From: Longimicrobiales bacterium
Lineage (GTDB): Bacteria; Gemmatimonadota; Gemmatimonadetes; Longimicrobiales; Gaopeijiaceae
Direction: 5' to 3'
NCBI GenBank assembly: GCA_965248195.1
Contig: CBDFIQ010000002.1
Location: 2,912,001 to 2,976,000, forward strand
Length of the DNA stretch: 64,000 bases
Below, piece after piece: positions 20,901-30,731 of the stretch (the first letter of the stretch is position 1; each line of letters opens with the position of its first letter). Under the pieces are notes generated by a model. That model made no database searches and was not told where the DNA came from. It saw only the letters and a list, made by a program, of their open reading frames with translations. The translations under genes were made by a program, and so were the position numbers.

Positions 20901-22534
20901 CACCTTCCCTCCTTCGTCAAGAGAGCGGCGGAGGCGGAAGTGCCGCCGCTGAAAGCCCGCACGAACCATTCTCGGAACTCGGCCATTCGAGGAGGCGAGC
21001 CTTCCGGGTCCGGAAAGGCGCCGGGGCTGAACCCCCACTCGAGAAAGGGCTCGAGCAGGGCGGGGTCGCGTGCGATCACATGCACCGGAACGTCGGGGCT
21101 GCTCGCCCCCGTCACCCAGGGAGCCGCCTGGTGGTCCCCGACCACGACCAGGAGGGTCCCATCGTCCAGGAACCGCTCGGCGAACTCCGCCATCGCTTGC
21201 AGCGAGTAGTCGAGCGAGCGAGCGTAGCCCTCGCGCAGAGCCTGGATGTCCCACCAGAGCTCCTCGGGCGGATACCCATCCTCTCGGTAGGGTTCGAAAA
21301 TCGCTCCGTCCCCCACAGAGTCCCAGTCGATGAGGGGCAGGACGGGGGTCCAGGGCGCGTGGCTGCTCACCATCCCCGCCTCGACGAAGAGCGGGGTCGC
21401 CGCCTTCCGGATGACCTCCCCGAGGAACGACCAAGTGAACTGGTCCGGAACGGTGACCCAGTAGAAGGGCGGGCCGGCGTAGGGAATGGAAGGCCTCGAG
21501 TACACGTCGTCGTAGCCGAGTCGGAGAGCCTCGGGCCAGCTCGTGGTGATGGCGGGCATCACGGTCGCGGTGCGGTAGCCGGCCCGACGGAAGTCGTCCA
21601 CCAGCGTCTCTCGCTCGCTCGCGATCAGGAGGTCGTAGCGAAGCTGATTTTCGAGCCAGAGCCCGCTGAGCATGGTCCCGTGCGCGTACCACGACTGCCC
21701 GCCCAGGGTGGGGGAGGCGAGCTCACCGGTCGCGATGTGGAGGCCCGCGCTCTCGATTCGCTGCGCGGTCGTATCCAGGCGCGGCCGGATGGTCGCCGCG
21801 AACTCGGGGTCCTCGAGCGCCGCCATCCCATAGGACTCGATGTACGTCACGACGACGTTGCGCCCCCCCAGGCTGGAGAGCAGACCCGGCAAGTCCGCGA
21901 ATCCGTCCGGCTGTTTCTCCAGCTCGGCTGCGAACGCCACCCGCTCCCTGCGAGTCGCCCGAAACTGCTCCGCCTGCTCGAAGACGAGCCGCACGGCGGG
22001 TGTGGCCAGCCGGTGTCCGACGGCCGGTGCGCTGCGACCGATGAGGCCGAGCGCGAGCGCGGCCACGACGGCCACCCCTCCGAGCCGTGGTACGAGCCGG
22101 GGGAGAGGCCTCTCGCGGTCCGAGGTGGCCGGTGTCAGGAGCCACGCCGTCGCGAACGCCGAGAGGCCGAGCGAAACGGCGATCCCCCCGAACCCGAGCA
22201 GAGTCCGGAGGAAGCCCGTGTTCCCCACCGCGAGGCGGTAGACGGCACTCAGCAGGTAGAGGTCCAGGGAGATGTTGAGCGAGCGGCCCAGGCTCACCCG
22301 GAAGATGAGATCCGCGAGCGAGGCGACGAGGAACAGGATGACTCCCGTGGCCAAGATCCAGGCCAGCCCGCGGCTCCAAGGCCGCCGTGGCAGGAGCGCC
22401 ATCGCGCCCACGATCAGGGCTGCCTCCAGGGAAAGCCAGGCGGGCGCTGGGGCGTCAGTCACGGCGCTCGAGAGCCACGACGGCGTCATGAGCAGCCCAT
22501 TGACAAGCACCCACGCGGACACGAGCCTGATCAT
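20900..22534 (-). CDS. Membrane-anchored sulfatase/alkaline-phosphatase superfamily protein (LtaS/EptA-like architecture)
   Basis: N-terminal TM helices, then IESYG, SPTLGGQSWYAH, SSHAPW and VGDHQ metal-site motifs. Confidence 0.75.
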   Translation of the reverse strand: MIRLVSAWVLVNGLLMTPSWLSSAVTDAPAPAWLSLEAALIVGAMALLPRRPWSRGLAWILATGVILFLVASLADLIFRVSLGRSLNISLDLYLLSAVYRLAVGNTGFLRTLLGFGGIAVSLGLSAFATAWLLTPATSDRERPLPRLVPRLGGVAVVAALALGLIGRSAPAVGHRLATPAVRLVFEQAEQFRATRRERVAFAAELEKQPDGFADLPGLLSSLGGRNVVVTYIESYGMAALEDPEFAATIRPRLDTTAQRIESAGLHIATGELASPTLGGQSWYAHGTMLSGLWLENQLRYDLLIASERETLVDDFRRAGYRTATVMPAITTSWPEALRLGYDDVYSRPSIPYAGPPFYWVTVPDQFTWSFLGEVIRKAATPLFVEAGMVSSHAPWTPVLPLIDWDSVGDGAIFEPYREDGYPPEELWWDIQALREGYARSLDYSLQAMAEFAERFLDDGTLLVVVGDHQAAPWVTGASSPDVPVHVIARDPALLEPFLEWGFSPGAFPDPEGSPPRMAEFREWFVRAFSGGTSASAALLTKEGR

Positions 22535-22688
22535 CTTAAATGAGTACCCTCATCAGCCGGAGTCCCACAGGCGCATCATTCACCCGATGGCCCCGGAACC
22601 GGCTTCTGGGACGAATTTGCGGAGTGGCCAGCCAGCCCCCGACGCCCGTTTCGGGGCATACGCTGGCCCAACGATATCACCTGACCGA

Positions 22689-23816
22689 ATGGCGCACAAA
22701 GCGGAACGAGGACTCTTCGAGCTCAGGCAGGGGCGAGCTCTTTGCGTGACTGATGTGGCTCGGGATGCGTGCGCCCTCGTCGCTGCGGTCGAGTGTCTCG
22801 GCCTGGACAGGCTGGAGCAGCTCCGCTCCCTAGGCGAGCCGCTTCGGCTGGTCGTGACCCACCATCGCGGTAAAGCGATGGGGATTGCTACGCATGAGGA
22901 CGAGGCAAACCTCAGCATCGCGCTCGGCGCGGGCGAGACTCCCGAGACGATCCTGGGACTTGCCACGGCGAGGAGAGTCGCCCAGTCGGGCTCCCCGCTC
23001 CGCTTCAAGACGCGTCGGGCAACCCCCATGGAATCGGCGGGGTTGGCGCTCGCACGATTTGGATGTCTCCTTCCGGCCCTCGTGAGCGTGGATCTGGATC
23101 CTGGCTCCCCTGTGCTCACTCGGTGGATCGAGGACGGGACGATTCTCGACGTCTCGAGCGCGGGAGTCGAACGCGCAGTGGCCCGGTCCGGGATCGAGGT
23201 CACCAGCGTGGCCGAGGCTCAGGTTCCCCTGGCCGACGCCGAGCACTCCCGCTTCATATTCTTCCGCGAAGGCGGGGGCCACCTGGAGCACGTGGCGATC
23301 CTGATCGGTTCCGGCGAAAGCTGGCCCGATCCCGTGCCGGTGCGTCTTCACTCGGCCTGCCTCACAGGAGACCTCTTCGGCAGCTTGCGCTGTGACTGTG
23401 GTGAGCAGCTCCGTGGGAGCTTCCGCCACTTCAAGAATCGGGGGGGAGGCGTGCTGGTGTACCTTGCCCAAGAGGGCCGTGGGATCGGACTGGGCAACAA
23501 GATCCGCGCCTACGCCCTCCAGGAGGAGGGGCTGGACACCATCGACGCCGACGGCGTGCTGGGCTTCGGAGCCGACGAGCGGCGCTACGACGCCGCCGTG
23601 GCGATCCTGCGCCACCTCGAGATCGCACGGGTCGAGCTCCTCACCAACAACCCCGACAAGGTGAGGGCCGTGGAGGAGGGTGGCATCGAAGTCGCGGAGC
23701 GCACGCCCCTCTACGGCGGGATCAACCGCCACAACCTGCGTTACGTCCAGGCCAAGGTGGACCGCTCGGGCCACTGGCTGATGGACATGATCTCGCAGCG
23801 CGCCTCTGGGGATTAG
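22689..23816 (+). CDS. ribA: GTP cyclohydrolase II with degenerate N-terminal RibB-like domain
   Basis: VRLHSACLTGDLFGSLRCDCG, YLAQEGRGIGL, DERRY, LLTNNPDK. Start uncertain (22587/22689). Confidence 0.9.
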   Translation: MAHKAERGLFELRQGRALCVTDVARDACALVAAVECLGLDRLEQLRSLGEPLRLVVTHHRGKAMGIATHEDEANLSIALGAGETPETILGLATARRVAQSGSPLRFKTRRATPMESAGLALARFGCLLPALVSVDLDPGSPVLTRWIEDGTILDVSSAGVERAVARSGIEVTSVAEAQVPLADAEHSRFIFFREGGGHLEHVAILIGSGESWPDPVPVRLHSACLTGDLFGSLRCDCGEQLRGSFRHFKNRGGGVLVYLAQEGRGIGLGNKIRAYALQEEGLDTIDADGVLGFGADERRYDAAVAILRHLEIARVELLTNNPDKVRAVEEGGIEVAERTPLYGGINRHNLRYVQAKVDRSGHWLMDMISQRASGD

Positions 23817-23825
23817 GCGGGCGCT

Positions 23826-26672
23826 TTGGCAATCCTGAAAGGTGCCGGCCCAGGCGCCTCCGCTGGCCGTGCTCGCGTGAATGGCAAGTTCCTAGAGGTC
23901 GACGGGCGTCGTGTCCTGATCAAAGGAGTGGCCTACGGCACCTTCGCTCCAGACAGCGAGGGAGCGCAGTTTCCTTCGGCAGAGCGCATCGCACAAGATT
24001 TTGCGCTGATGGCGGCCGCCGGCATCAACACGGTGCGCACGTACACGCCGCCGTCTCCCGCCCTGCTCGACCAGGCCCGTCGGCACGGTCTCGGGGTGAT
24101 GGTCGGACTGGCGTGGCCGCAACACATCCCTTTTCTCGACGACACGAAGCTCACTCGACGCATCAAGCAAGACGCCGTCACGACCGTGCGCCGGCTCGCC
24201 GAGCACCCCGCGGCGCTCCTCTTCGCTCTGGGCAACGAGATCCCCGCCGGGATCGTCCGTTGGCACGGCCACCGAAGGATCGAGCGGTTCCTGCGCGAGC
24301 TCTACGAAGACGTGAAGGCGGCGGCACCCGAGAGCCTATTGACGTACGTAAACTTTCCACCGACTGAGCACCTCGAGCTCGATGTGTTCGACGTCTTCGC
24401 CTACAACGTCTATCTCCATCGAGAGACCGAGCTCCGTAGCTACCTCGCGCGTTTGCAGCATCTCGCCGGTACCAGACCGCTCCTCCTCGCGGAAGCCGGC
24501 GGGGATAGCCTGCGAGAGGGGCTCGAGGGCCAGGCGTGCATCACGGCGGCACACCTCCGGACGGCTTTTGCCGAAGGCGCCTGTGGTGCGGTGGCATACT
24601 CCTGGACCGACGAGTGGTGGCGTGGAGGTCAGGCGGTCGACGATTGGGCCTTTGGCCTGGTGGATGAGGCGCGACACCGCAAGCCGGCGCTTGCTGCCGT
24701 GCAACAAGTCTTCGCCAGCGCACCGTTCCCATCAAGCGAACGCGCCATGTGGCCGAGAGTGTCGGTGGTGGTGTGCGCGTATAACGCGGCGGACACCATT
24801 GCCGATTGTCTGACGTCGCTCGAAACGCTGACCTACCCCGATATGGAGGTCATCGTCGTCGACGATGGGTCGCGCGATGCGACCGGGGAGATCGCGAGAG
24901 GACATTCCGGCGTCCGCGTCGTCGCGGTGCCGAACGGTGGCCTGAGCGCGGCCCGGAACGCCGGACTCGCCGTCGCGACCGGCGAGATCATCGCGTACAC
25001 CGACGCGGACGTCAGAGTCGACCCCGATTGGCTGACCTACCTGGTCCAGCCGTTGCTCACCTCCGACGTTTCAGGCGTCGGCGGCCCGAACGTCGTGCCG
25101 GCGGACGACCCGTGGGTGTCGCAGTGTGTCGCACGCGCGCCGGGAGGGCCCACCCACGTCATGCTCGACGACCGGATCGCCGAGCACGTGCCGGGCTGCA
25201 ACATGGCGTTCAGAAGGGACGCGCTCCTGGCGGCCGACGGCTTCAATCCGGTCTATGTGCGTGCTGGCGACGACGTGGACATCTGCTGGCGGCTGCAGGC
25301 CAAAAAACTGGACATCGGCTTCGCGCCGTCGGCGCTGGTCTGGCACCATCGCCGGGCGAGCGTGCGATCGTACTGGCGTCAGCAGGTCGGGTATGGCGAG
25401 GGGGAGGCGTGGCTCGACGCGCATCATCCCGAGAAATTCCTCGGCGGGCAAATGGTGTGGCTTGGGCGCATCTACAGCCCGCTCCCCTTCCTGAGCACGG
25501 CGGCCGAGCGGCGCGTCAACACGGGCGTTTGGGGTACCGCAGCGTTTCCCTCGATCTACAGCACGCAAGCCCACCGGTGGCACTACCTACCCCACTCGCC
25601 GGCGTGGATGGCGGCCTCGCTCGTCTTGCTGCTCATCGGCGTCTTCGGACCGCTGGCGGGCATGGACGCCGCATGGCTGCCTCTGATTGCCGGATTCCTC
25701 GGGGGGGCCACCACCGTTGTGCGGAGTGCCCTGTGCGGTTGGCGTTCCAACCTCGACGGTCTGCCCGCCATCGGACGCTGGTCCATGCGACAGAGTCGCT
25801 TTCTGTACCGGGGCCTCATCGCGTGGCTCCACCTGCTCCAGCCGCTGGCGCGATTCAGGGGCCGGCTCCGCGGTCTGTCACGGCCGCAGGCGGTCGCACC
25901 GAAGCACATGACCCGGCATCCGTGGAAGTCGCCGAAACCAACGTTCCGCGATGTCGTCGCATCCGCACGGCTCCTGACCCGCGCCGGAATGGAGCGCTCG
26001 TTCTGGAGCGAGTCCTGGGCACGGCACACGACGCTGTTGACGGAGCTCGTAGGGGTTCTGCGCGCCTCGCGGCCGGCCCCGATCGTCGACGTCGACGAGG
26101 GATGGCGTCCCGACCGGGATCTCAGCTTGGCGATCGGCCGATGGGGCTGGCTGCACGTGCGGACGCTGGTGGAGGAGCACGAGCAGGGAGCTTGTCTCTT
26201 CCGAATCCGGGCACGACTGCGTCCCAGCTTCGTCGGCACGCTTCAGGGTGTGACGTTGGCGGTATTGATGGCGGGCGGCATGAGCGCGTCGATGTTCATC
26301 TACGATCTGTCGGTGACGCTGCTGGTCGCCGCGGCGGCCATCGCCGCGATCGGCGCCCGCGCAGCTTGGCAAGCGATACGTGCCACGGCGGTGCTCGACC
26401 GGGCGGTCACGCGGGTCTGCTCGGCAGCCGGGCTGCTGAGACTTCCGGTCTCGCCCACGCTAGAACCAAAGGCGGAAGCCACGGTTGGACCCACGGTCGA
26501 ACCTGTGACTGAACCTGCGGTCAAAGCCGCGCTAAGACCCGCGCTCGAACCCGCAGCAAGAGCTGCGGTCGATGCTGCGGCCGAGTCCGCCGTAGAATCC
26601 CCCGTACAACCCAGGGTCGCACCCACGCCGCGGCGGTCCGCCAAGACGACGGCGTCCGACTTCATCGGCTGA
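23826..26672 (+). CDS. Glycoside hydrolase (clan A, GH2-like) - glycosyltransferase family 2 fusion with C-terminal TM helices
   Basis: GINTVRTY, GNEIP and LAEAG in the N-terminal part; VSVVVCAYN, VDDGS, YTDAD and GDDVD..WR in the GT2 part. Confidence 0.85.
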   Translation: MAILKGAGPGASAGRARVNGKFLEVDGRRVLIKGVAYGTFAPDSEGAQFPSAERIAQDFALMAAAGINTVRTYTPPSPALLDQARRHGLGVMVGLAWPQHIPFLDDTKLTRRIKQDAVTTVRRLAEHPAALLFALGNEIPAGIVRWHGHRRIERFLRELYEDVKAAAPESLLTYVNFPPTEHLELDVFDVFAYNVYLHRETELRSYLARLQHLAGTRPLLLAEAGGDSLREGLEGQACITAAHLRTAFAEGACGAVAYSWTDEWWRGGQAVDDWAFGLVDEARHRKPALAAVQQVFASAPFPSSERAMWPRVSVVVCAYNAADTIADCLTSLETLTYPDMEVIVVDDGSRDATGEIARGHSGVRVVAVPNGGLSAARNAGLAVATGEIIAYTDADVRVDPDWLTYLVQPLLTSDVSGVGGPNVVPADDPWVSQCVARAPGGPTHVMLDDRIAEHVPGCNMAFRRDALLAADGFNPVYVRAGDDVDICWRLQAKKLDIGFAPSALVWHHRRASVRSYWRQQVGYGEGEAWLDAHHPEKFLGGQMVWLGRIYSPLPFLSTAAERRVNTGVWGTAAFPSIYSTQAHRWHYLPHSPAWMAASLVLLLIGVFGPLAGMDAAWLPLIAGFLGGATTVVRSALCGWRSNLDGLPAIGRWSMRQSRFLYRGLIAWLHLLQPLARFRGRLRGLSRPQAVAPKHMTRHPWKSPKPTFRDVVASARLLTRAGMERSFWSESWARHTTLLTELVGVLRASRPAPIVDVDEGWRPDRDLSLAIGRWGWLHVRTLVEEHEQGACLFRIRARLRPSFVGTLQGVTLAVLMAGGMSASMFIYDLSVTLLVAAAAIAAIGARAAWQAIRATAVLDRAVTRVCSAAGLLRLPVSPTLEPKAEATVGPTVEPVTEPAVKAALRPALEPAARAAVDAAAESAVESPVQPRVAPTPRRSAKTTASDFIG

Positions 26673-26682
26673 TGGTGCTCAG

Positions 26683-28551
26683 GTGAACGTCGTTTCCTGG
26701 ACGCTCGGATTCCTCCGACCGTATCGCAGGCAGGCCGCCGCGATCCTGGCGCTGTCGATCCTGGAGATCGGCCTGGCGGCGCTGGCCCCCTGGCCGCTCA
26801 AAGTGATCGTGGACTACGTGCTGGGCGGTCTTCCGCTCCCCGAGGCGCTTGCGGTCATCACCCCCGCGGCGATCGCCGGGAGCGCTGTGGCCATCCTCGT
26901 GGTCGTCGTCGTGGCGGGCCTCCTCATCCAGGTCGCCAACGAGGTGATCCGCATGACCCACACGCAGATGCAGGTGCGGGTCGCCCAGCGCGTCGTCTAC
27001 TCCCTTCGGGCCAAGCTCCTGGCGCACCTCCAGGCGCTCCCGTTGCGGCACCACGTCTTGACCCCGACGGCCGACTCGGTCTATCGGCTCGATGCCGACG
27101 CGCACTGCGTGGACGACCTGATCATCGGTGGTGTGTTTCCCTTGACCCTCGCGACGCTCAATCTGGGGGTCATGTTCGCCGTCCTCGTCTATGTGGACCC
27201 GACGCTTGCCCTGCTTTCGTTAGCGGTGGCGCCATTTCTCTATGTGTGCCTCCGCTTCTACTCGCGCACCATGCTCGAGCGCGCCGAGCGGGTGAAGGCG
27301 CTGGAGGCGACCTTGATCGAGCGCGCCTTCGAGGTTCTGTCTTCGGTGGCCGCGGTCAAGAGCTTTACACGGGAGCGTCACGAGCTGGCACGCTTCTCGA
27401 GCACGGGCGATGACACCATGCGTGCCCGGCTCACACTGACGTGGCAGGAATCGCTCTTCTCGGTCGCCGTGACGGGGATCACGCTTGCCGGCACGGCTCT
27501 GGTCCTCGTCGTGGGCGGACTCCACGTTCTGAACGGCACGCTGACACTGGGCAGCTTGCTCGTCGTCATCGCGTATCTGGCCGCGGTCTACGACCCGATC
27601 TCGGCGATCGCACACTCGACCGGATCACTGCAGCAGGCCGTCGCGAGCGCTCGCCGTGTTCGAGAAATCTTCGCCCTCACTCCTGAGATTCTCGACGCCC
27701 CTGATGGGATCGACGCGTCCGGCATCGCTGGACACATCCGCTTCGATGAGGTGAGCTTCGCTTACGACGACCAACGCAACGTACTCGACACGATCAGCTT
27801 CGAGGCCCGGCCTGGAGAGCTGGTGGCGCTGGTGGGTCTCACCGGCGCCGGCAAGACGACGATCGCCAGCCTGGTCCCGAGATTCTTCGTGCCCGGCAGC
27901 GGCCGCGTACTCATCGACGACGTCGATGCTGCCCGGTACTCCCTCCAAACCCTTCGCGAGCAGATCGCGTTGGTCCCGCAGCAGCCGGTGCTGTTCACCG
28001 GCACGATCGCCGACAATATCCGCTACGGGCGGCTGGACGCTTCCGACGCCGATGTCGAGGCCGCGGCGAGAGACGCCAACCTTCACGATTTCGTGACCCG
28101 CCTGCCGCAGGGCTACCAGACCCCCGTCCATGAGGCGGGCGCGACACTCTCGGGCGGTGAGCGCCAACGTATCGGTATCGCCCGCGCGCTGCTGAAAGCG
28201 GCTCCGATCCTGATTCTCGACGAGCCCACCTCGGCGGTCGACGCGATCTCCGAGGGGGCGATCTTCGACACCCTGCGGCGGCTCCGCGCCAGCCACACCA
28301 TGCTCGTCATCGCCCACCGCCTCTCCACGATCCGCGACGCCACGCGTATCCTCGTGCTGGACGATGGGCGCCTGGTCGCCCAGGGACCGCACTACGAGTT
28401 GATCAGGACGTGCGAGCTCTACCGGCGGATGTGTGCACGCCTATCCATCGGCCAATCTCTCGATGACAAGGTCACGGTGGACGAGCTCTTGCGACCACCT
28501 CATGAAGATCTCGAGAGACAACTCACGCAGGTCCCTCGAGCCAACTCATGA
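26683..28551 (+). CDS. ABC transporter, fused permease/ATP-binding (MsbA-like exporter)
   Basis: TM domain, GLTGAGKT, LSGGERQR, ILDEPT, IAHRLST. Confidence 0.95.
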   Translation: MNVVSWTLGFLRPYRRQAAAILALSILEIGLAALAPWPLKVIVDYVLGGLPLPEALAVITPAAIAGSAVAILVVVVVAGLLIQVANEVIRMTHTQMQVRVAQRVVYSLRAKLLAHLQALPLRHHVLTPTADSVYRLDADAHCVDDLIIGGVFPLTLATLNLGVMFAVLVYVDPTLALLSLAVAPFLYVCLRFYSRTMLERAERVKALEATLIERAFEVLSSVAAVKSFTRERHELARFSSTGDDTMRARLTLTWQESLFSVAVTGITLAGTALVLVVGGLHVLNGTLTLGSLLVVIAYLAAVYDPISAIAHSTGSLQQAVASARRVREIFALTPEILDAPDGIDASGIAGHIRFDEVSFAYDDQRNVLDTISFEARPGELVALVGLTGAGKTTIASLVPRFFVPGSGRVLIDDVDAARYSLQTLREQIALVPQQPVLFTGTIADNIRYGRLDASDADVEAAARDANLHDFVTRLPQGYQTPVHEAGATLSGGERQRIGIARALLKAAPILILDEPTSAVDAISEGAIFDTLRRLRASHTMLVIAHRLSTIRDATRILVLDDGRLVAQGPHYELIRTCELYRRMCARLSIGQSLDDKVTVDELLRPPHEDLERQLTQVPRANS

Positions 28552-29669
28552 AGATCCTGTTCGCCGGTATCGTCGCTCGGTATCCGTTCGGTGGCGTCAC
28601 CTGGTGTTCACTCATGTATCTCCTCGGCCTGCGGGCGCTGGGGCACGAGATCCTCTACATCGAGGACACCGGCGAGTGTATCTACGACCCGGAGCGCGAC
28701 GAGATCGCGACCGACCCCAGCTACGGCACGCGCTACATCCACGAAGCGCTCGAGCCGTTCGGCCTCGGTGACCACTGGAGCTTCGTCAACTACGACGGGT
28801 CGTATCACGGTCTTTCGAAAGACGCGGTTCGTGCCTACTGCGCCGAGGCTGACCTCTTCGTGAATCTTTCCGGCGGCTCCTGGTTTTGGCGTGACGAGTA
28901 CGCCGCCATCCCGCGCCGAGTGTTCGTCGACTCGGACCCGGTGTTCACGCAGCTCGCGATCGCGAAAGGCGAGCCATGGTATGTCGAGTTCTTTCAGCAG
29001 TTCGACTGTTTGTTCACTTTCGGAGCGAACATCGGCACGCCGGCCAGCGACGTTCCGACGAGCGACCTCGACTGGCACCCGACCCGGCAACCGATCGTGA
29101 CCGAGCTCTGGCACACCGACGAGCCGCCGGCCGGTGACCGCTTCACCACCGTGATGACTTGGAAGACCGAAAGCTTCACGGACGTCGATGGGGACAAGGA
29201 TCGGGAGTTCCTGCGGTTCATCGAGCTACCGGCTCTTACCCCCTCACAATTCGAGATCGCGGTGAACGGTCCGATCGAGCTGCTCCAGGAGCACGGCTGG
29301 TCGCCGATCGAAGCGATGAGCGTCTCGAGATCGCTCTGGGACTACCGCGCCTTCATCCGTGACTCGAAGGCGGAGTTTGGCGTCGCCAAGCACGCCTATG
29401 TGGCTCGGCGTTCGGGTTGGTTCAGCGACCGGACGGCGTGCTACCTGGCGGCCGGGCGACCGGCACTCGTGCAGGACACCGGGTGGAGCACCCACCTCCC
29501 CTCGGGCACCGGTCTGATCGGTTTTTCGACCCTCGACGAGGCGCTCGACGGCCTCGAACGGTTGGAAAGCGACTATGCCCTCCATGCGAGCCGCGCCACT
29601 GAGATCGCGCGGGAATGTTTTGACGCGGCTCGCGTTCTGCCGCCGTTTCTGGAGAAGGCGTGCGGATGA
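28548..29669 (+). CDS. Putative glycosyltransferase (GT-B fold)
   Basis: PFGGVTW, LGLRALGHE, GWFSDRTACYLAAGRP; overlaps its neighbours. Confidence 0.7.
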   Translation: MKILFAGIVARYPFGGVTWCSLMYLLGLRALGHEILYIEDTGECIYDPERDEIATDPSYGTRYIHEALEPFGLGDHWSFVNYDGSYHGLSKDAVRAYCAEADLFVNLSGGSWFWRDEYAAIPRRVFVDSDPVFTQLAIAKGEPWYVEFFQQFDCLFTFGANIGTPASDVPTSDLDWHPTRQPIVTELWHTDEPPAGDRFTTVMTWKTESFTDVDGDKDREFLRFIELPALTPSQFEIAVNGPIELLQEHGWSPIEAMSVSRSLWDYRAFIRDSKAEFGVAKHAYVARRSGWFSDRTACYLAAGRPALVQDTGWSTHLPSGTGLIGFSTLDEALDGLERLESDYALHASRATEIARECFDAARVLPPFLEKACG

Positions 29670-30730
29670 TGCCGCAGCGGGTTGAACCGATGCGTATTGC
29701 AGTGGTCGGCCCGGTCGCCCAGTCGATACCGCCGACCCGGTCCGGATCGGTCGAAACCGTCACGGCGCTGCTCACCGACGGCCTCGTGGCCAGAGGCCAC
29801 GATGTCACCCTCTTCGCGACCGGATCATCGACGACGACGGCCAGACTCCATGCAACCTTTTCACGCGGCTATCACGAGGACACGTCGCTGTGGCCGTGGG
29901 AGCTTTGCGAGCTGTTCAACCTCGCCGCCGCCGTCGAGCGGGCTGCCGAATTCGACGTCATTCACTATCAGGCGGAATACGCTCCGATATCCATGGCGTT
30001 CACCCGGCTTTCGCCCACCCCGTTATTGCTCACCCTGCACCACGCGCCGACACCGCCCGAGGTCGCGCTCTGGTCTCGTTATGCGGAAGCGCCCTTCGTG
30101 GCCGTCTCCGCTGCCCAAGAGCAGCTTCTCGCCGGACTCAACGTCGTCGGGACGATTCATCACGCGGTGGACACGGCCACGTTCGTTCTTCACCCGGAGC
30201 CCGAGGACTACCTCGTCTTTCTCGGTCGTTTCACGGAGGGTAAGGGCGTACTGCAAGCGATCGACGTCGCCCGACGAACCGGCTTACGTCTCGTGCTCGC
30301 CGCGGCGGCGAATGATTACTACCGCAGCGTCATCGCCCCCATGGTCGACGGTCGGCAGGTCGTCTACGCCGGCGAGGTAGACCTCGCCGCGAAGGTGACA
30401 CTCCTCGGCGGGGCGCGGGCCCTGCTCTACCCCGTGCAATCGAGTGAATCCTTTGGTCTCGTCCTCGCGGAGGCCATGGCGTGCGGAACGCCCGTTGCCG
30501 CTCTTCGACGCGGCGCCGTCGACGAGGTGGTGGATGACGGCGTCACCGGCGGAGTCTTCGACTCGCTCGACGCCCTCGTCGACGGGCTCCCACGCGTGCT
30601 GGCGCTCGATCGCAGCATCGTACGGACTCGCGCCGTGGAGCGCTTCGGCCCCGACAGCATGGTCGACGCGCACGTCGAGGCCTACTCGCGACTGGTCACG
30701 AAGCGTCACAGCGCCGAGCGCACCGCCTGA
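29666..30730 (+). CDS. Glycosyltransferase family 4
   Basis: IPP..SGSVE, GHDVTLFA, FLGRF..GKG, ESFGLVLAEAMACGTPV. Confidence 0.9.
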   Translation: MMPQRVEPMRIAVVGPVAQSIPPTRSGSVETVTALLTDGLVARGHDVTLFATGSSTTTARLHATFSRGYHEDTSLWPWELCELFNLAAAVERAAEFDVIHYQAEYAPISMAFTRLSPTPLLLTLHHAPTPPEVALWSRYAEAPFVAVSAAQEQLLAGLNVVGTIHHAVDTATFVLHPEPEDYLVFLGRFTEGKGVLQAIDVARRTGLRLVLAAAANDYYRSVIAPMVDGRQVVYAGEVDLAAKVTLLGGARALLYPVQSSESFGLVLAEAMACGTPVAALRRGAVDEVVDDGVTGGVFDSLDALVDGLPRVLALDRSIVRTRAVERFGPDSMVDAHVEAYSRLVTKRHSAERTA

Positions 30731-30731
30731 C

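Noticed and set aside
20901..21692. ORF-track N-terminal extension of cytochrome b561 (463 aa), and similar extensions of the CDP-alcohol, ribA and PIG-L ORFs
   Set aside because: The extensions overlap neighbouring genes and are not protein-like; downstream starts fit the domain boundaries, so these are not fusions.
22535..22688. Possible FMN riboswitch upstream of ribA
   Set aside because: The conserved RFN sequence blocks are not visible, and the region is a short divergent promoter gap.
24806..26512. 568 aa alternative-frame ORF, and similar long shadow ORFs such as 5801-7030, 20876-22543, 16263-17519 and 33064-34101
   Set aside because: They overlap well-supported genes, lack recognisable motifs, and long stop-free shadow frames are expected at this GC content.
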